A DNA stretch of 64,000 nt from Faecousia sp. (GTDB taxonomy: Bacteria > Bacillota > Clostridia > Oscillospirales > Oscillospiraceae), in the NCBI GenBank assembly GCA_045594945.1, contig JAZNZO010000098.1:335-64334 (forward strand). The letters run 5' to 3'. The notes beneath the pieces are model-generated. The model did not search any database and was not told the origin of the DNA. It saw only the letters and a list, made by a program, of their open reading frames with translations. The translations under genes and the position numbers were made by a program. Shown piece by piece: positions 1-9,280 of the stretch (the stretch's first letter is position 1; every line of letters starts with the position of its first letter).

Positions 1-714
1 ACGGTTGCCGACCCGGACCATAAGGCTGTGCCGGTAAAAATCGTGCGTCAATACCGGGAAGATGTGTATATTAAGCCTAATGAGGCGGATAAAAAAGTGT
101 ATATTTTCCCCCAGGAATTGGGCCCGGAAGGGCAAAATGCCTTACTGAAAATTCTGGAAGAGCCCCCCTCCTATGGCGTGTTTCTGCTTTTGGCAGAAAA
201 TCCCCAGCAAATCCTCACAACGGTCCGATCCCGATGCACGTTGCTGCAAATGGAGAGTCTGCCCAGCGGGCTGCTGATTTCCCAGTTGGAAAAGCAGTTC
301 CCGGATGCCCAGCAGGAACAACTCCGGGCGGCGGCAGAGCGAAGCGGAGGCTATCTTGGCCAGGCAGTGGACCTGTTAAAAGAGGGGGAAGTGGTTTCTG
401 GCCGCACCAAGCTTTTCGCCAAGGCTTTTTTAGACAAAAACCAAGTTGCCATGACAAAACTGTTGGTGGGAATGGAGAAAACCAAGCGGGACCAGGCGGT
501 GGAAGAAGTGGAGCAGTGGCTGCACCTTCTGCAAAATGCCCTGTCCTGCCGTAGTGGCCTGCCGGCTGTTGCCCAGGAGATCAAACAGTTGAGCCGCCAG
601 GATCCGGCGGAGCTGCTTTGCGCCATCCGGGAACTGGAAAAGGCCATTACTTATTTGAAGGCTAACGTGTCCGTTGCGGCAGTGTGCAGTTATTTGCAGT
701 GGCAACTGCTTTAA
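1..714 (+). CDS. holB: DNA polymerase III subunit delta-prime (clamp loader), 5' end cut by window edge
   Basis: Frame 1 is open from base 1. The product contains LKILEEPPSYGVFLLLAENPQQILTTVRSRC, an AAA+ sensor/SRC motif typical of HolB. It is followed by yaaT, as in Bacillus. Confidence 0.85.
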   Translation, partial: TVADPDHKAVPVKIVRQYREDVYIKPNEADKKVYIFPQELGPEGQNALLKILEEPPSYGVFLLLAENPQQILTTVRSRCTLLQMESLPSGLLISQLEKQFPDAQQEQLRAAAERSGGYLGQAVDLLKEGEVVSGRTKLFAKAFLDKNQVAMTKLLVGMEKTKRDQAVEEVEQWLHLLQNALSCRSGLPAVAQEIKQLSRQDPAELLCAIRELEKAITYLKANVSVAAVCSYLQWQLL

Positions 715-743
715 GCAAGAAAATTACTCTCGAGGAGATAAAA

Positions 744-1952
744 ATGGAAGAAATCAAGAAAAACGAAGCTTCGGTGGAAGTGGTGGATATCCAGTTCCGT
801 CCCGGTCAGAAGATTTATTACTTTGACCCGGCAGGGAAGACCTATCACACCGGTGACCATGTGATCATGGACACCGCCAGGGGTCCGGAATACGGCACTT
901 GCACCGGCGGCAATCATATGATCCCTGTCAAAGAGGTGGTAGCCCCTCTGCGGCCCGTTCTGCGCCTTGCCAACAAGCAGGATGAGGAAGCGGTTGCCCG
1001 GAATTTGGAGACGGAGAAGCGCGCCTATGCCATCTGTATGGAGAAAATTGCGGAAATGGAACTGGATATGCAGTTGGTCAGCGCCGAATGCGCCTTCGAC
1101 GGCAGCAAAATCCTGTTCTTCTTTACCGCTGACGAACGTGTGGACTTCCGGGAACTGGTAAAAAGTCTGGCAAGTGCGTTCCATACCCGCATTGAACTGC
1201 GGCAGATCGGCGTCCGGGATAAGGCCCGTATGGTAGGCGGTTTGGGCATCTGCGGCAGACCGTTCTGCTGCGCCACTTTCCTGGATGATTTCCAGCCCGT
1301 ATCTATTAAAATGGCAAAGACCCAGTCTTTGAGCCTGAACCCCACCAAGATTTCCGGCACCTGCGGACGGCTGATGTGCTGTTTGAAATACGAGCAGGAT
1401 GCGTATGAAGATCTGATTAAGAACAGCCCCAAGGTGGACTCTTTTGTGGATACGCCCCAAGGAAGAGGCACCATCGTGGAACTGAATCTTCTTCGTCAAA
1501 AGGTGAAGGTTCGTTTGGAGGAAAATCCCGATACCCTGGCGGTATTTGGCAATGACGAAATTGCGGTTTTCCGCAGCGGCAAGGCTAAGAAGACAGATCC
1601 TCCCGTTCCGGAAGATTGGGCGCCCATCTCCGGGGGAAAGAGTACCCGGCGGTTAGAGCCCTTGGATAAGCCTTTCGCATTTGAGCCTGTACGCCTGCGC
1701 TCTGAGTTGCCGGCAGAGGAAGAACCGGAGGAGAAGACAGAGCAGCGGCAGGGAAATAACGCCCGCCGCCGGAAGAAGGGCAAGCCTGCAGGCAAGAAAC
1801 CCCAGCAGGAAAAGCCCCAGGAAAATTCTAAACAGGAAAAACCGCAGAAGGAAAAGACACAAGAGCCCAAGCCGGAAGGCACAGAAGGCAGTAAGCCCAA
1901 GGGCAGACCCCATTACCACCGTCGCCGCAGACCCGGCAAAAAGGCTGAATAA
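744..1952 (+). CDS. yaaT: PSP1-domain protein RicT/YaaT with Lys/Glu/Pro-rich C-terminal tail
   Basis: ATG 744 is preceded by GAGGAG (732-737). The PSP1 core carries the GICGRPFCCATFL and CGRLMCCLKYE cysteine motifs. The holB-yaaT order is conserved. Confidence 0.85.
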   Translation: MEEIKKNEASVEVVDIQFRPGQKIYYFDPAGKTYHTGDHVIMDTARGPEYGTCTGGNHMIPVKEVVAPLRPVLRLANKQDEEAVARNLETEKRAYAICMEKIAEMELDMQLVSAECAFDGSKILFFFTADERVDFRELVKSLASAFHTRIELRQIGVRDKARMVGGLGICGRPFCCATFLDDFQPVSIKMAKTQSLSLNPTKISGTCGRLMCCLKYEQDAYEDLIKNSPKVDSFVDTPQGRGTIVELNLLRQKVKVRLEENPDTLAVFGNDEIAVFRSGKAKKTDPPVPEDWAPISGGKSTRRLEPLDKPFAFEPVRLRSELPAEEEPEEKTEQRQGNNARRRKKGKPAGKKPQQEKPQENSKQEKPQKEKTQEPKPEGTEGSKPKGRPHYHRRRRPGKKAE

Positions 1953-1953
1953 G

Positions 1954-1986
1954 AAAATCGCAGTTGGAATTTCCAACTGCGATTTT
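1954..1986. terminator. Bidirectional intrinsic terminator between convergent yaaT and a radical SAM gene
   Basis: Perfect inverted repeat aaaatcgcagttgga / tccaactgcgatttt, with an A-run on one side and a T-run on the other. Confidence 0.8.
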
Positions 1987-2844
1987 TCAAAAGTCGGGGA
2001 TGAAGTTTGTGTCAGAGGAGGTGGCTTCCTGGGTGAAGCCCTGGATATCATTCAGGTACATCCAACTTAGCACCGACTGGTACTCCTCTTCTGTAATGGG
2101 GCGGTCAAAGGGCGGTTTCATACCGGGGATAGGGGTGTACTGCCGCATCAGGCTTACCAGCACCTGACCGGGAGCAAAGGTATCGCCGATCCAGTCCAGC
2201 ACCTTCAGAGAGTTCTCGATCTGCCCCGGTAAAATCAGATGGCGGATCACCACACCCCTTTGTAACTTGTCCCCTTGGAAAACAGGATTGCCTACCTGGG
2301 AGACCATTTCTTTGATAGCGCTCGTTGCTACCTGGAAATAGTCCGGCGCAGCAGATAATTTCCTTGCAAGGGCGTTGTCGGCATACTTAAGATCCGGAAG
2401 GTAAACATCCACCGTTCCCGCCAAAGCGGAAATTGCTTCCACCCGCTCGTAGCCGCCGGTGTTATACACCACCGGTACGGGCAGAGGGTTTTCCAAAGCC
2501 TCTAAAACGGTGGGCAGGTAGGGGGTGGGAGATACCAAATCAATGTTTTCTGCACCCTGGGAAATCAGACGTTCCATTTCTGCCCGGAGGGAAGGTCCAT
2601 CTAAGAGGCGGCCTTTTGGCATACGGCTGATGGCGTAATTCTGGCAATACACACAGCCTAAGTTGCACCCCCCAAAGAAGATAGCGCCACTTTTGCCATT
2701 GGGGGCTAAAACGGGTTCTTCCCACTGGTGGAGCATTATTTTGGAAACCACTGCACCGCCGGGGGCTTTGCAGTAGCCGGTCTTGCCCTGGGTTCGGTCC
2801 ACACCGCATTGCCGGGGGCATAGATTGCAGTTTACATAATTCAT
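1987..2844 (-). CDS. Radical SAM protein, PflX-like (pyruvate formate-lyase activase-related) family
   Basis: CNLGCVYCQN (CxxxCxxC) cluster motif plus an N-terminal Cys-rich segment (CNLCPRQCGVDRTQGKTGYC). ATG 2844 has AGGTG 6 nt upstream. Confidence 0.7.
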   Translation of the reverse strand: MNYVNCNLCPRQCGVDRTQGKTGYCKAPGGAVVSKIMLHQWEEPVLAPNGKSGAIFFGGCNLGCVYCQNYAISRMPKGRLLDGPSLRAEMERLISQGAENIDLVSPTPYLPTVLEALENPLPVPVVYNTGGYERVEAISALAGTVDVYLPDLKYADNALARKLSAAPDYFQVATSAIKEMVSQVGNPVFQGDKLQRGVVIRHLILPGQIENSLKVLDWIGDTFAPGQVLVSLMRQYTPIPGMKPPFDRPITEEEYQSVLSWMYLNDIQGFTQEATSSDTNFIPDF

Positions 2845-2856
2845 AAGCAGCACCTA

Positions 2857-2893
2857 TAAAAAGGTGGCTTTCGCTGGGAAAGCCACTCTTTTT
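2857..2893. terminator. Hairpin terminator downstream of the phosphoribosyltransferase gene
   Basis: gtggctttc-gctgg-gaaagccac stem-loop flanked by A- and T-runs. Confidence 0.7.
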
Positions 2894-2894
2894 A

Positions 2895-3449
2895 TTATTC
2901 CATAATGGTTCCGTCGGGGTTAAAGAGGGGCAGCTTTTCCAGGTAGATCAAGTCGTCCCGGTTTTGGGCATCGCCCTCAGCCAGCACAGCCATACGGCCT
3001 GCGATGATGCCGCCGGCCTTTTCTACCAATGCTTCCAGAGCCAGCAGACTTTCGCCGGTGGAAATCACATCGTCTACGATCAGGATCCGCTTGCCCTTCA
3101 TCAGGGCTGCATCAGCAGTGTCCAGGTATAGTTTTTGCTCCTTGGCGGTGGTGATGGACTTGACGGAAGACTCAAACACGCCGGTCATATACAGCTTGGG
3201 GCCTTTCCGGGCCAGGAAATACTTGGCGGCGCCGCTTTGGCGGGCCATTTCGTGGGCCAGGGGAATGCCCTTGGCTTCGGCGGTGAGGATGTAATCATAG
3301 GCGGGGGCTTTTGCAAGCAAGTCCCGGGCGCAGGCAACGGTCAGTTCCTGGTCACCAAAAATGACGAAACCGGCAATGTACAGATTGTCATTTACCTTAC
3401 AGATAGGCAGTTCCCGATGGAGGCCTGCTACAGTCATAGGATATACCAT
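2895..3449 (-). CDS. Phosphoribosyltransferase family protein (adenine/purine PRT-like)
   Basis: PRPP-binding motif ILIVDDVISTGESL. AAAGGAG lies 8 nt upstream of ATG 3449. Confidence 0.7.
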   Translation of the reverse strand: MVYPMTVAGLHRELPICKVNDNLYIAGFVIFGDQELTVACARDLLAKAPAYDYILTAEAKGIPLAHEMARQSGAAKYFLARKGPKLYMTGVFESSVKSITTAKEQKLYLDTADAALMKGKRILIVDDVISTGESLLALEALVEKAGGIIAGRMAVLAEGDAQNRDDLIYLEKLPLFNPDGTIME

Positions 3450-3482
3450 AAATATCGCTCCTTTAATTATAAAGTTTTAGTA

Positions 3483-4769
3483 TTAAAAAGCCTTTTTGTG
3501 GCACAGTTTGTCAGCTACGCAGAACAGAACAAAGCCAATGAGGAAGAGGACGGCCAAAGAGCCAACGGCGATGCCCGTGTTTACGATGGTCAGACCCAGG
3601 AAGCTAAACTGCATTCCGTCGGTAACCTGGCTCACAACCGCAACAAGGGTAGTGCCCACAAAGGAAGCACCCTTGCCGAAGATATCCATCAGGCCATAGA
3701 ATTTGCCACTTTCCTCGGCGGGGATGATCTTTCCCAGGTAGGAACGGCTGAGGGCCTGAATGCCGCCCTGGAACATACCCACCAAAACCGCCAAAATCCA
3801 GAATTGCACCAGGGAATTGAGAAATATCGCAAAGAGGGCAATGCCGGTGTAGCAGAGGATGCAGATCTTCAGCAGAAGGCCGGTGTCGAATTTGCCGGAA
3901 AGACGGCCAAAGAGAATGGAGAAGGGGAAGGCGACAATTTGGGTTACCAGCAGAGCCAGCAACAAACCGGTGGTGTCCAGGCCCAGGGAAGTGCCGTAGG
4001 CGGTGGCCATATCAATGATGGTGTAAACACCGTCAATAAAGAAGAAAAAGGCGATCAGATACAGGAAAATGTGCTTTTGTTTTTTGGCTTCTTTGACGGT
4101 TTGCCAAAGTTGACGGAAGGTCTGCAGGAAAGCACCTCTCACGGGAGGCTGATAGGCAGTCTGCTTATAGCACTTCAGCAAGGGCAGTGCGCAGGCGATC
4201 CACCAAATACCGGTGATGGCAAAGCCAATGATCAGGGCAGTTACTTGCGAAATACCGAAACTTTCATAGCACAAAGCCAGCACCAGGCAAAGGGCAAAGG
4301 GAATGCAGGAACCGATGTAGCCAAAAGCATAGCCGGAAGTGGAAACCCGGTCCATTCGTTCCGGGGTGGTGATTTCCGGGAGCATGGCATCATAGAACAC
4401 CAGGCTGGAAGAATAGCCAACTCGGGCAATGACGAAAATCACCAGGAAGGAGAGCCAACTCCAGGCGGCTCCCAAGCCAAGACAGGCCAGGGCACCAATC
4501 AGCATCGCGCCTAAGAAAAGCGGCTTTTTGTAACCTTTCCGGTCGGCCATCGTACCGCACAGAGGGCCGATGATGGCCACCAAAATGGTGGCAACAGAGC
4601 CGGCGTAGCCCCAGTAGGCTAAATAATTGGATTCAGACACACCGGCCTGCTTTGCCAGGGAATTGAAGTAAATGGGCAGTAGGGTTGCCACCAGCAGGAT
4701 AAAGGCAGAGTTGCCGATGTCATAGAGAACCCAGCTTTTTTCCGTTTTGGTCAGTTTCAGTTTCTTCAT
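3483..4769 (-). CDS. MFS transporter (UMF1/Atg22-like architecture)
   Basis: 428 aa, about 12 hydrophobic helices. MADRKGYKKP in the loop after TM2 is typical of MFS proteins. Confidence 0.6.
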   Translation of the reverse strand: MKKLKLTKTEKSWVLYDIGNSAFILLVATLLPIYFNSLAKQAGVSESNYLAYWGYAGSVATILVAIIGPLCGTMADRKGYKKPLFLGAMLIGALACLGLGAAWSWLSFLVIFVIARVGYSSSLVFYDAMLPEITTPERMDRVSTSGYAFGYIGSCIPFALCLVLALCYESFGISQVTALIIGFAITGIWWIACALPLLKCYKQTAYQPPVRGAFLQTFRQLWQTVKEAKKQKHIFLYLIAFFFFIDGVYTIIDMATAYGTSLGLDTTGLLLALLVTQIVAFPFSILFGRLSGKFDTGLLLKICILCYTGIALFAIFLNSLVQFWILAVLVGMFQGGIQALSRSYLGKIIPAEESGKFYGLMDIFGKGASFVGTTLVAVVSQVTDGMQFSFLGLTIVNTGIAVGSLAVLFLIGFVLFCVADKLCHKKAF

Positions 4770-4789
4770 AAGTTTTTCACTTTCTCTCT

Positions 4790-5908
4790 TTATTTTTGCA
4801 CCCTAACGCTCATCAGATGGTACTGATTGACATAGGTTGTGGTCCAGGACCAGTGGGTGATGCCCGCTTCCCGGGCGGCCTCCCGGAACAGACTTTCCAG
4901 GGAAGATTTGCAGGATTGGAAGTCCTCTTCGGAGGCAAACTGGACGGTGAAGGTGCCGTTTTTCTTATGGGCATCCTTAAAGAGTTTTTTAAGTGTGCTC
5001 TTCCAATTTGCGCCGGAAGGGAGGTAATTTCCGTTTAATGCGTGGTAGCTGGCATCCATACTCTGCTCTGCCGGGATGGTAAAACAGGGGCTGGGGGCAT
5101 AGACAGAAAGCATAAAGTCAGCGCTGATGTTGTAGCCCGGATATAAAGGTTCGTGGCGGGATTCGGACTGGACATCAGCGGTCAGATCCAGGTGATAGTA
5201 GTGGCCATCCACAGGAATAATGTTCCATGCGTGACCGATGCCACCGTCGTAGGGTTGACCGTCTACACACATACAGGGGAAGCCTGCCTGTTCCAGGGCC
5301 CACTTCATAGCCTTGGCAATGCCGTCACACTTGGCCTGGCCCTCCACCAGGGCACCGTATACATTGGCGCAATGGGGGGAAGTGGTGTTGTAGGTGATTT
5401 GCTGGCAGAGGATATCATAGATGTACTTTTCTGCCTCCAAAAGGGTCATACCTGCAGTATCAAACTGCTTAAGAGTTTGTTTGGCTTTGGACAGCAAGCC
5501 GTCGTAGGTGGCTTTATCCATACAGTAGGGGAAGTCCACAGCAATCACTTCATTATCTCCCTCATAACTGTGATAAGAAGTAGGCTGTGTCAAATCTATC
5601 TGGAATAGTTCCGGACACTCATAGCACAGAAGAGACAGCAAATTCTGCACTTGCGTTTGGGGCATGGGATAGGGCAGGTAACAGGTTGCTTCAAAGTTTG
5701 CTATGGCATGATAAAGGGCAAACAGGTTTTCTTTGGAAAGGTCATCCTTTTCCAAAAGAAACAATTTCAGGTCATAGTTTTCAATGATATTAGGCCGTTT
5801 TGCAGCCTCGCCGTTTTGGCTTTCCGGGGCTACGGAAGAAAGGTCACAGCCGGAAAGCAGCACAAGTGCGGCAAGCAGTGCGGCCAAAAGCCGAAAGGCT
5901 TTTTTCAT
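4790..5908 (-). CDS. Lipoprotein with transglutaminase-like cysteine-protease core
   Basis: Signal peptide with lipobox LLSGC. Cys-His-Asp arrangement (GQAKCDGIAKAM ... GHAWNIIPVDGHYYHLDLT). Confidence 0.65.
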   Translation of the reverse strand: MKKAFRLLAALLAALVLLSGCDLSSVAPESQNGEAAKRPNIIENYDLKLFLLEKDDLSKENLFALYHAIANFEATCYLPYPMPQTQVQNLLSLLCYECPELFQIDLTQPTSYHSYEGDNEVIAVDFPYCMDKATYDGLLSKAKQTLKQFDTAGMTLLEAEKYIYDILCQQITYNTTSPHCANVYGALVEGQAKCDGIAKAMKWALEQAGFPCMCVDGQPYDGGIGHAWNIIPVDGHYYHLDLTADVQSESRHEPLYPGYNISADFMLSVYAPSPCFTIPAEQSMDASYHALNGNYLPSGANWKSTLKKLFKDAHKKNGTFTVQFASEEDFQSCKSSLESLFREAAREAGITHWSWTTTYVNQYHLMSVRVQK

Positions 5909-6026
5909 AAAATCACCTCATCAAAAATTTGCTGTCATTATACCACAAAATGTTCATAAATGGTAGCCTTTTTCCAAAAAAGTTTCAATAAATAGGAAAA
6001 GGACAGGAGATATCCTGCCCCCTTCC

Positions 6027-6461
6027 TTAATTGGGAATACCGTAAAGGGCCATAGTAAACCGATGAAGGGCCTGATCCCGTTTGCGGTAGATACTGGATT
6101 GCTCCAGGCTTAGTTCCTGGCAAAGCCGTTCGATGGCGTTTCGCTCCGGATGAATATAGAGCCGGTGCAGCACCAGTTTCTCTTCCGGGGAGAGGGCGCC
6201 CAGTGCCCGGTCGGCAGTGGATACCCAAATTCTGGCTTGACGTAATGATCGGGATAATTCTTCCCGGCAGACCAAATTGCTTAAAAGCATATCTTCCCGG
6301 CGGTTAGAGCCCCCTTTGACCGGGGTGCCGTCGGTACGGGCGGAGCGGATGGCGCAGGCCGCTTGTTCCAGCCGTTTCAGCTCCTCCGGCAGGTTTTGGA
6401 CGGCCAGCCGCATTGCGTCATATTTGCGAAGTTTCTCTGTGGCTTCTTCTTTCCAATTCAT
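6027..6461 (-). CDS. ArpU-type / sigma-70 region-4-like transcriptional regulator
   Basis: ATG 6461 has AAAGGAGA 9 nt upstream and overlaps the upstream stop (ATGA). The C-terminus LSPEEKLVLHRLYIHPERNAIERLCQELSLEQSSIYRKRDQALHRF resembles a sigma region 4 HTH. The size (144 aa) matches phage late regulators of the ArpU type. Confidence 0.45.
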   Translation of the reverse strand: MNWKEEATEKLRKYDAMRLAVQNLPEELKRLEQAACAIRSARTDGTPVKGGSNRREDMLLSNLVCREELSRSLRQARIWVSTADRALGALSPEEKLVLHRLYIHPERNAIERLCQELSLEQSSIYRKRDQALHRFTMALYGIPN

Positions 6462-6796
6462 ACGGACATATCTCCTTTCGCATCTTCCCAGGCTCTGCGA
6501 ACCCGGCAAGGGCCGGTGCAAAGGTCTTGGGGACATTTACAGTTTTTGCAGGGGTCATTTTGTATGTAGGTTCTTCTTTGGCTGGGATGGCAGTAGATTT
6601 GCCCTCCTATCCGGACACCTACGGGCTCCATAGGTGCTTGGTCCATAGCCTGCCGGGGAAAGCCCCGTATCAACTCCCAACGGGAAAGAAACCACTTTTG
6701 CCAAACCTTGCATTTCTTGTTTTCACAGTTTTGGGGATCTTTCACCCGGGTGCAGAGCGCACAGGGGCTTACGGACCCCATTACAAACCCTCTCAT
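6458..6796 (-). CDS. Hypothetical 10-cysteine protein
   Basis: AAGGAGG lies upstream of ATG 6796. Cys pattern is CxxC-x8-C-x4-C, then C-x13-CxxCxC-x4-C-x3-C. It is translationally coupled to the downstream regulator. Confidence 0.5.
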   Translation of the reverse strand: MRGFVMGSVSPCALCTRVKDPQNCENKKCKVWQKWFLSRWELIRGFPRQAMDQAPMEPVGVRIGGQIYCHPSQRRTYIQNDPCKNCKCPQDLCTGPCRVRRAWEDAKGDMSV

Positions 6797-6809
6797 TTTT
6801 TATTCCTCC

Positions 6810-6974
6810 TTATTTTCTCTTACATCGCTGACAAAGCTCTTTGCCGGGCAGGAAAATTTCCGTGCCGCAGCGTCGGCACCAGTGCCGGGGGATGGCTCCC
6901 TGCATATCGGTTCTTGGGGGGTATACGCCTACAAATATGGGCCTTCGCCCCAGGAAATAAATTCTTCCCCACAC
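6810..6974 (-). CDS. Small zinc-ribbon protein (54 aa)
   Basis: GTG 6974 has AAGGAGG 8 nt upstream. The C-terminus is HWCRRCGTEIFLPGKELCQRCKRK (CxxC-x11-CxxC). The longer ATG starts in the ORF track lie inside or upstream of the promoter -10. Confidence 0.45.
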   Translation of the reverse strand: MWGRIYFLGRRPIFVGVYPPRTDMQGAIPRHWCRRCGTEIFLPGKELCQRCKRK

Positions 6975-7011
6975 GGTTTTCGCCTCCTTGGTTTTTCTTG
7001 GTTGCAAGCCC

Positions 7012-7040
7012 ATAATAGTACTCGAACAAGTACTTGTCAA
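7012..7040 (-). promoter_or_regulatory. Sigma-A-type promoter of the three-gene Cys-rich/regulator operon
   Basis: Minus-strand TTGACA (7035-7040), 17-nt spacer, TATTAT (7012-7017). Confidence 0.55.
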
Positions 7041-7086
7041 GGCCATAGCCCCAAGTTTGGCAAAGTTTATGTACTTGCACAAGTAC
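7017..7086. promoter_or_regulatory. Cluster of GTAC-core palindromes (candidate operator sites)
   Basis: AGTACT at 7017. CAAGTACTTG (perfect 10-bp palindrome) at 7027-7036. GTACTTG-ca-CAAGTAC at 7071-7086. Confidence 0.4.
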
Positions 7087-7178
7087 AACACGACAGAATT
7101 AGACAGGTTTCACAAACCTTACAAATGGGAAAAAAACGGGAAGACCTGGCGAAAAAAGGCGAAGGGGGAAATATCTTC

Positions 7179-7207
7179 TTGCATTTGTATGCAAATAGGA
7201 GTAAAAT
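7179..7207 (+). promoter_or_regulatory. Candidate proBAC promoter with palindrome over the -35
   Basis: TTGCAT (7179-7184), 17 nt, TAAAAT (7202-7207). The inverted repeat TTGCAT-ttgt-ATGCAA spans 7179-7194. Confidence 0.45.
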
Positions 7208-7240
7208 TCCTATAAATACTATTTTATGGAGGGAAGCAGT

Positions 7241-8023
7241 ATGCGCCTTGTGATTAAAGTGGGAACCTCTACTTTGTCCCACGAAAACGGACAGATGAAT
7301 TTGAAGCGGACAGAAAAACTTTGCCGTACCATCAGTGATTTGCAAAACGCAGGCCATCAGTGCGTGCTGGTTTCTTCCGGGGCGATCGGAATGGGCGTGA
7401 GCAAGCTGCGCCTGCCCGGACGACCCAAGGATATGCCTGGCAAGCAGGCCGCTGCGGCAGTGGGCCAGTGTGAATTGATGTTTGTTTATGATAAACTGTT
7501 TGGGGAGTATGGGCAGTCGGTGGCTCAGATTTTGCTGACGGCAGAGGATGTGGCCGATGACCGCCGCCGTTTTCATGTAGAAAATGCTTTGGAGCAACTC
7601 CTTTCCTGGGGCGTTTTGCCTGTTATCAATGAAAACGATGCAGTGGCGGTGGACGAGATCGGCATTCACACCACGATCGGCGAAAACGACAGCCTTTCCG
7701 CGATTGTAGCCTGTATGATAAAGGCGGACCTTTTGGTGCTCCTTTCCGACATTGACGGCCTTTACACGGCAGATCCCCGGAAGGATGCCGGCGCAGTTTT
7801 GCTGGAAACAGTGGAACAACTGACGCCGGAAATTATGGCGCTTGGAGGTGGGGCCGGGTCCAACTTAGGTACTGGCGGTATGGCCACCAAGTTGAAGGCA
7901 GCGGATATGGCAGTAAAGGCAGGTATTGATATGGTGATTGCCAACGGAGAATATCCGGAAAAACTCTATGATTTGCTGGATGGCAAGTCCGTAGGCACCA
8001 GATTTTTGGGAAAGAAGGGGTAA
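7241..8023 (+). CDS. proB: Glutamate 5-kinase (short form, no PUA domain)
   Basis: [12 protein letters not shown]...[11 protein letters not shown] amino-acid kinase motifs. GGAGGG RBS lies before ATG 7241. Confidence 0.9.
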   Translation: MRLVIKVGTSTLSHENGQMNLKRTEKLCRTISDLQNAGHQCVLVSSGAIGMGVSKLRLPGRPKDMPGKQAAAAVGQCELMFVYDKLFGEYGQSVAQILLTAEDVADDRRRFHVENALEQLLSWGVLPVINENDAVAVDEIGIHTTIGENDSLSAIVACMIKADLLVLLSDIDGLYTADPRKDAGAVLLETVEQLTPEIMALGGGAGSNLGTGGMATKLKAADMAVKAGIDMVIANGEYPEKLYDLLDGKSVGTRFLGKKG

Positions 8024-8024
8024 T

Positions 8025-9269
8025 ATGACCACCCAGATGCAACTTGCGCAGGTAAAGGGGGCGGCTCCCAGGCTTGCCCAGGCAAAACAAACGCAAAAAA
8101 ATCAGGCTCTTTTGCACATGGCAAAAAGCCTTACAGACCATACAGAAGAAATATTGGAAGCAAACCGGTTGGATATGGCACAGGCCCAGGGGAAAATCTC
8201 TGCGGTAATGTTAGATCGCCTGCGGCTGGATACAGGCAGGGTGGCATCTATGGCAGAGGGCATTCGGCAGGTAGCGGCCTTGCCGGATCCGGTAGGCCGT
8301 GTCCTTGACAGGCAGGTGCGACCCAATGGAATTGTCATTTCCAAAGTGGCCTGCCCTATGGGGGTTATTGCCATTATTTATGAAAGCCGTCCCAATGTGA
8401 CATCGGATGCTGCTGCCCTGGCTATCAAATCCGGAAATGCCTGTGTTTTGCGATGCGGAAAAGAAGCCCACAGAAGCGCAAAGGCCATTGTAAGAGCCCT
8501 GCAGGAAGGGTTGACACAGGCAGGACTGCCCCAAGACGGCCTGTGTCTGGTGGAAGATACCAGCCGGGAAAGCGCTCGGGTATTGATGGAAGCGGTGGGT
8601 TATGTGGATCTGCTTATTCCCCGGGGCGGCGCAGGACTCATCCGCTCGTGCCGGGAAAATGCCAAAGTACCCTGCATTCAAACAGGGACGGGTATTTGCC
8701 ATCTGTATGTGGATAAGGATGCCGATTTGGAAATGGCCCTGCGGGTACTGAAAAACGGCAAAATCAGCCGTCCCAGCGTGTGTAATGCCCTGGAAGTATG
8801 CCTTGTCCACAGGGAGGTGGCGGAAGAATTTTTGCCGAAACTGCACCGGGTCTTGGTGGCCGAATGTGATACCCCGGTTCAGTTGCGGCTTTGTCCCCAG
8901 GCAGGGCAGATCATTCCCGGCAAGGAGGCCGCTCCGGAAGACTTTGACCGGGAGTTTTTAGATTATATTCTGGCGGTAAAAGTGGTAGAAAATGCTGAGG
9001 AAGCGATCTGCCATATTGCTGCCCATTCTACCGGCCACAGTGAAGCCATTATTACGGAAAATACCCAGACGGCGGAGGCGTTTACCTCCCAGGTAGACAG
9101 TGCCGCCGTATATGTGAATTGCTCCACCCGGTTCACCGATGGAGGAGAATTCGGCCTGGGCTGTGAAATGGGCATTTCTACCCAGAAACTTCATGCCCGG
9201 GGTCCTATGGGTTTGCAGGAACTGTGCGCCTATAAGTACATTATCCGGGGCACAGGGCAGATTCGTTGA
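8025..9269 (+). CDS. proA: Gamma-glutamyl phosphate reductase
   Basis: 414 aa aldehyde-dehydrogenase-fold protein with the CNALE catalytic Cys motif ([13 protein letters not shown]). It starts 2 nt after proB. Confidence 0.9.
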   Translation: MTTQMQLAQVKGAAPRLAQAKQTQKNQALLHMAKSLTDHTEEILEANRLDMAQAQGKISAVMLDRLRLDTGRVASMAEGIRQVAALPDPVGRVLDRQVRPNGIVISKVACPMGVIAIIYESRPNVTSDAAALAIKSGNACVLRCGKEAHRSAKAIVRALQEGLTQAGLPQDGLCLVEDTSRESARVLMEAVGYVDLLIPRGGAGLIRSCRENAKVPCIQTGTGICHLYVDKDADLEMALRVLKNGKISRPSVCNALEVCLVHREVAEEFLPKLHRVLVAECDTPVQLRLCPQAGQIIPGKEAAPEDFDREFLDYILAVKVVENAEEAICHIAAHSTGHSEAIITENTQTAEAFTSQVDSAAVYVNCSTRFTDGGEFGLGCEMGISTQKLHARGPMGLQELCAYKYIIRGTGQIR

Positions 9270-9280
9270 AAGGAGATACT

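Noticed and set aside
6027-7091. Prophage or prophage remnant.
   Set aside because: Only the ArpU-like regulator hints at phage origin. No integrase, terminase, portal, capsid, tail, holin or lysin gene and no att-like repeat was seen in the flanks. It is reported as a stand-alone operon instead.
7092-7240. Possible proline T-box or attenuator upstream of proBAC.
   Set aside because: The leader after the candidate -10 is about 27 nt. There is no specifier hairpin, T-box sequence or terminator.
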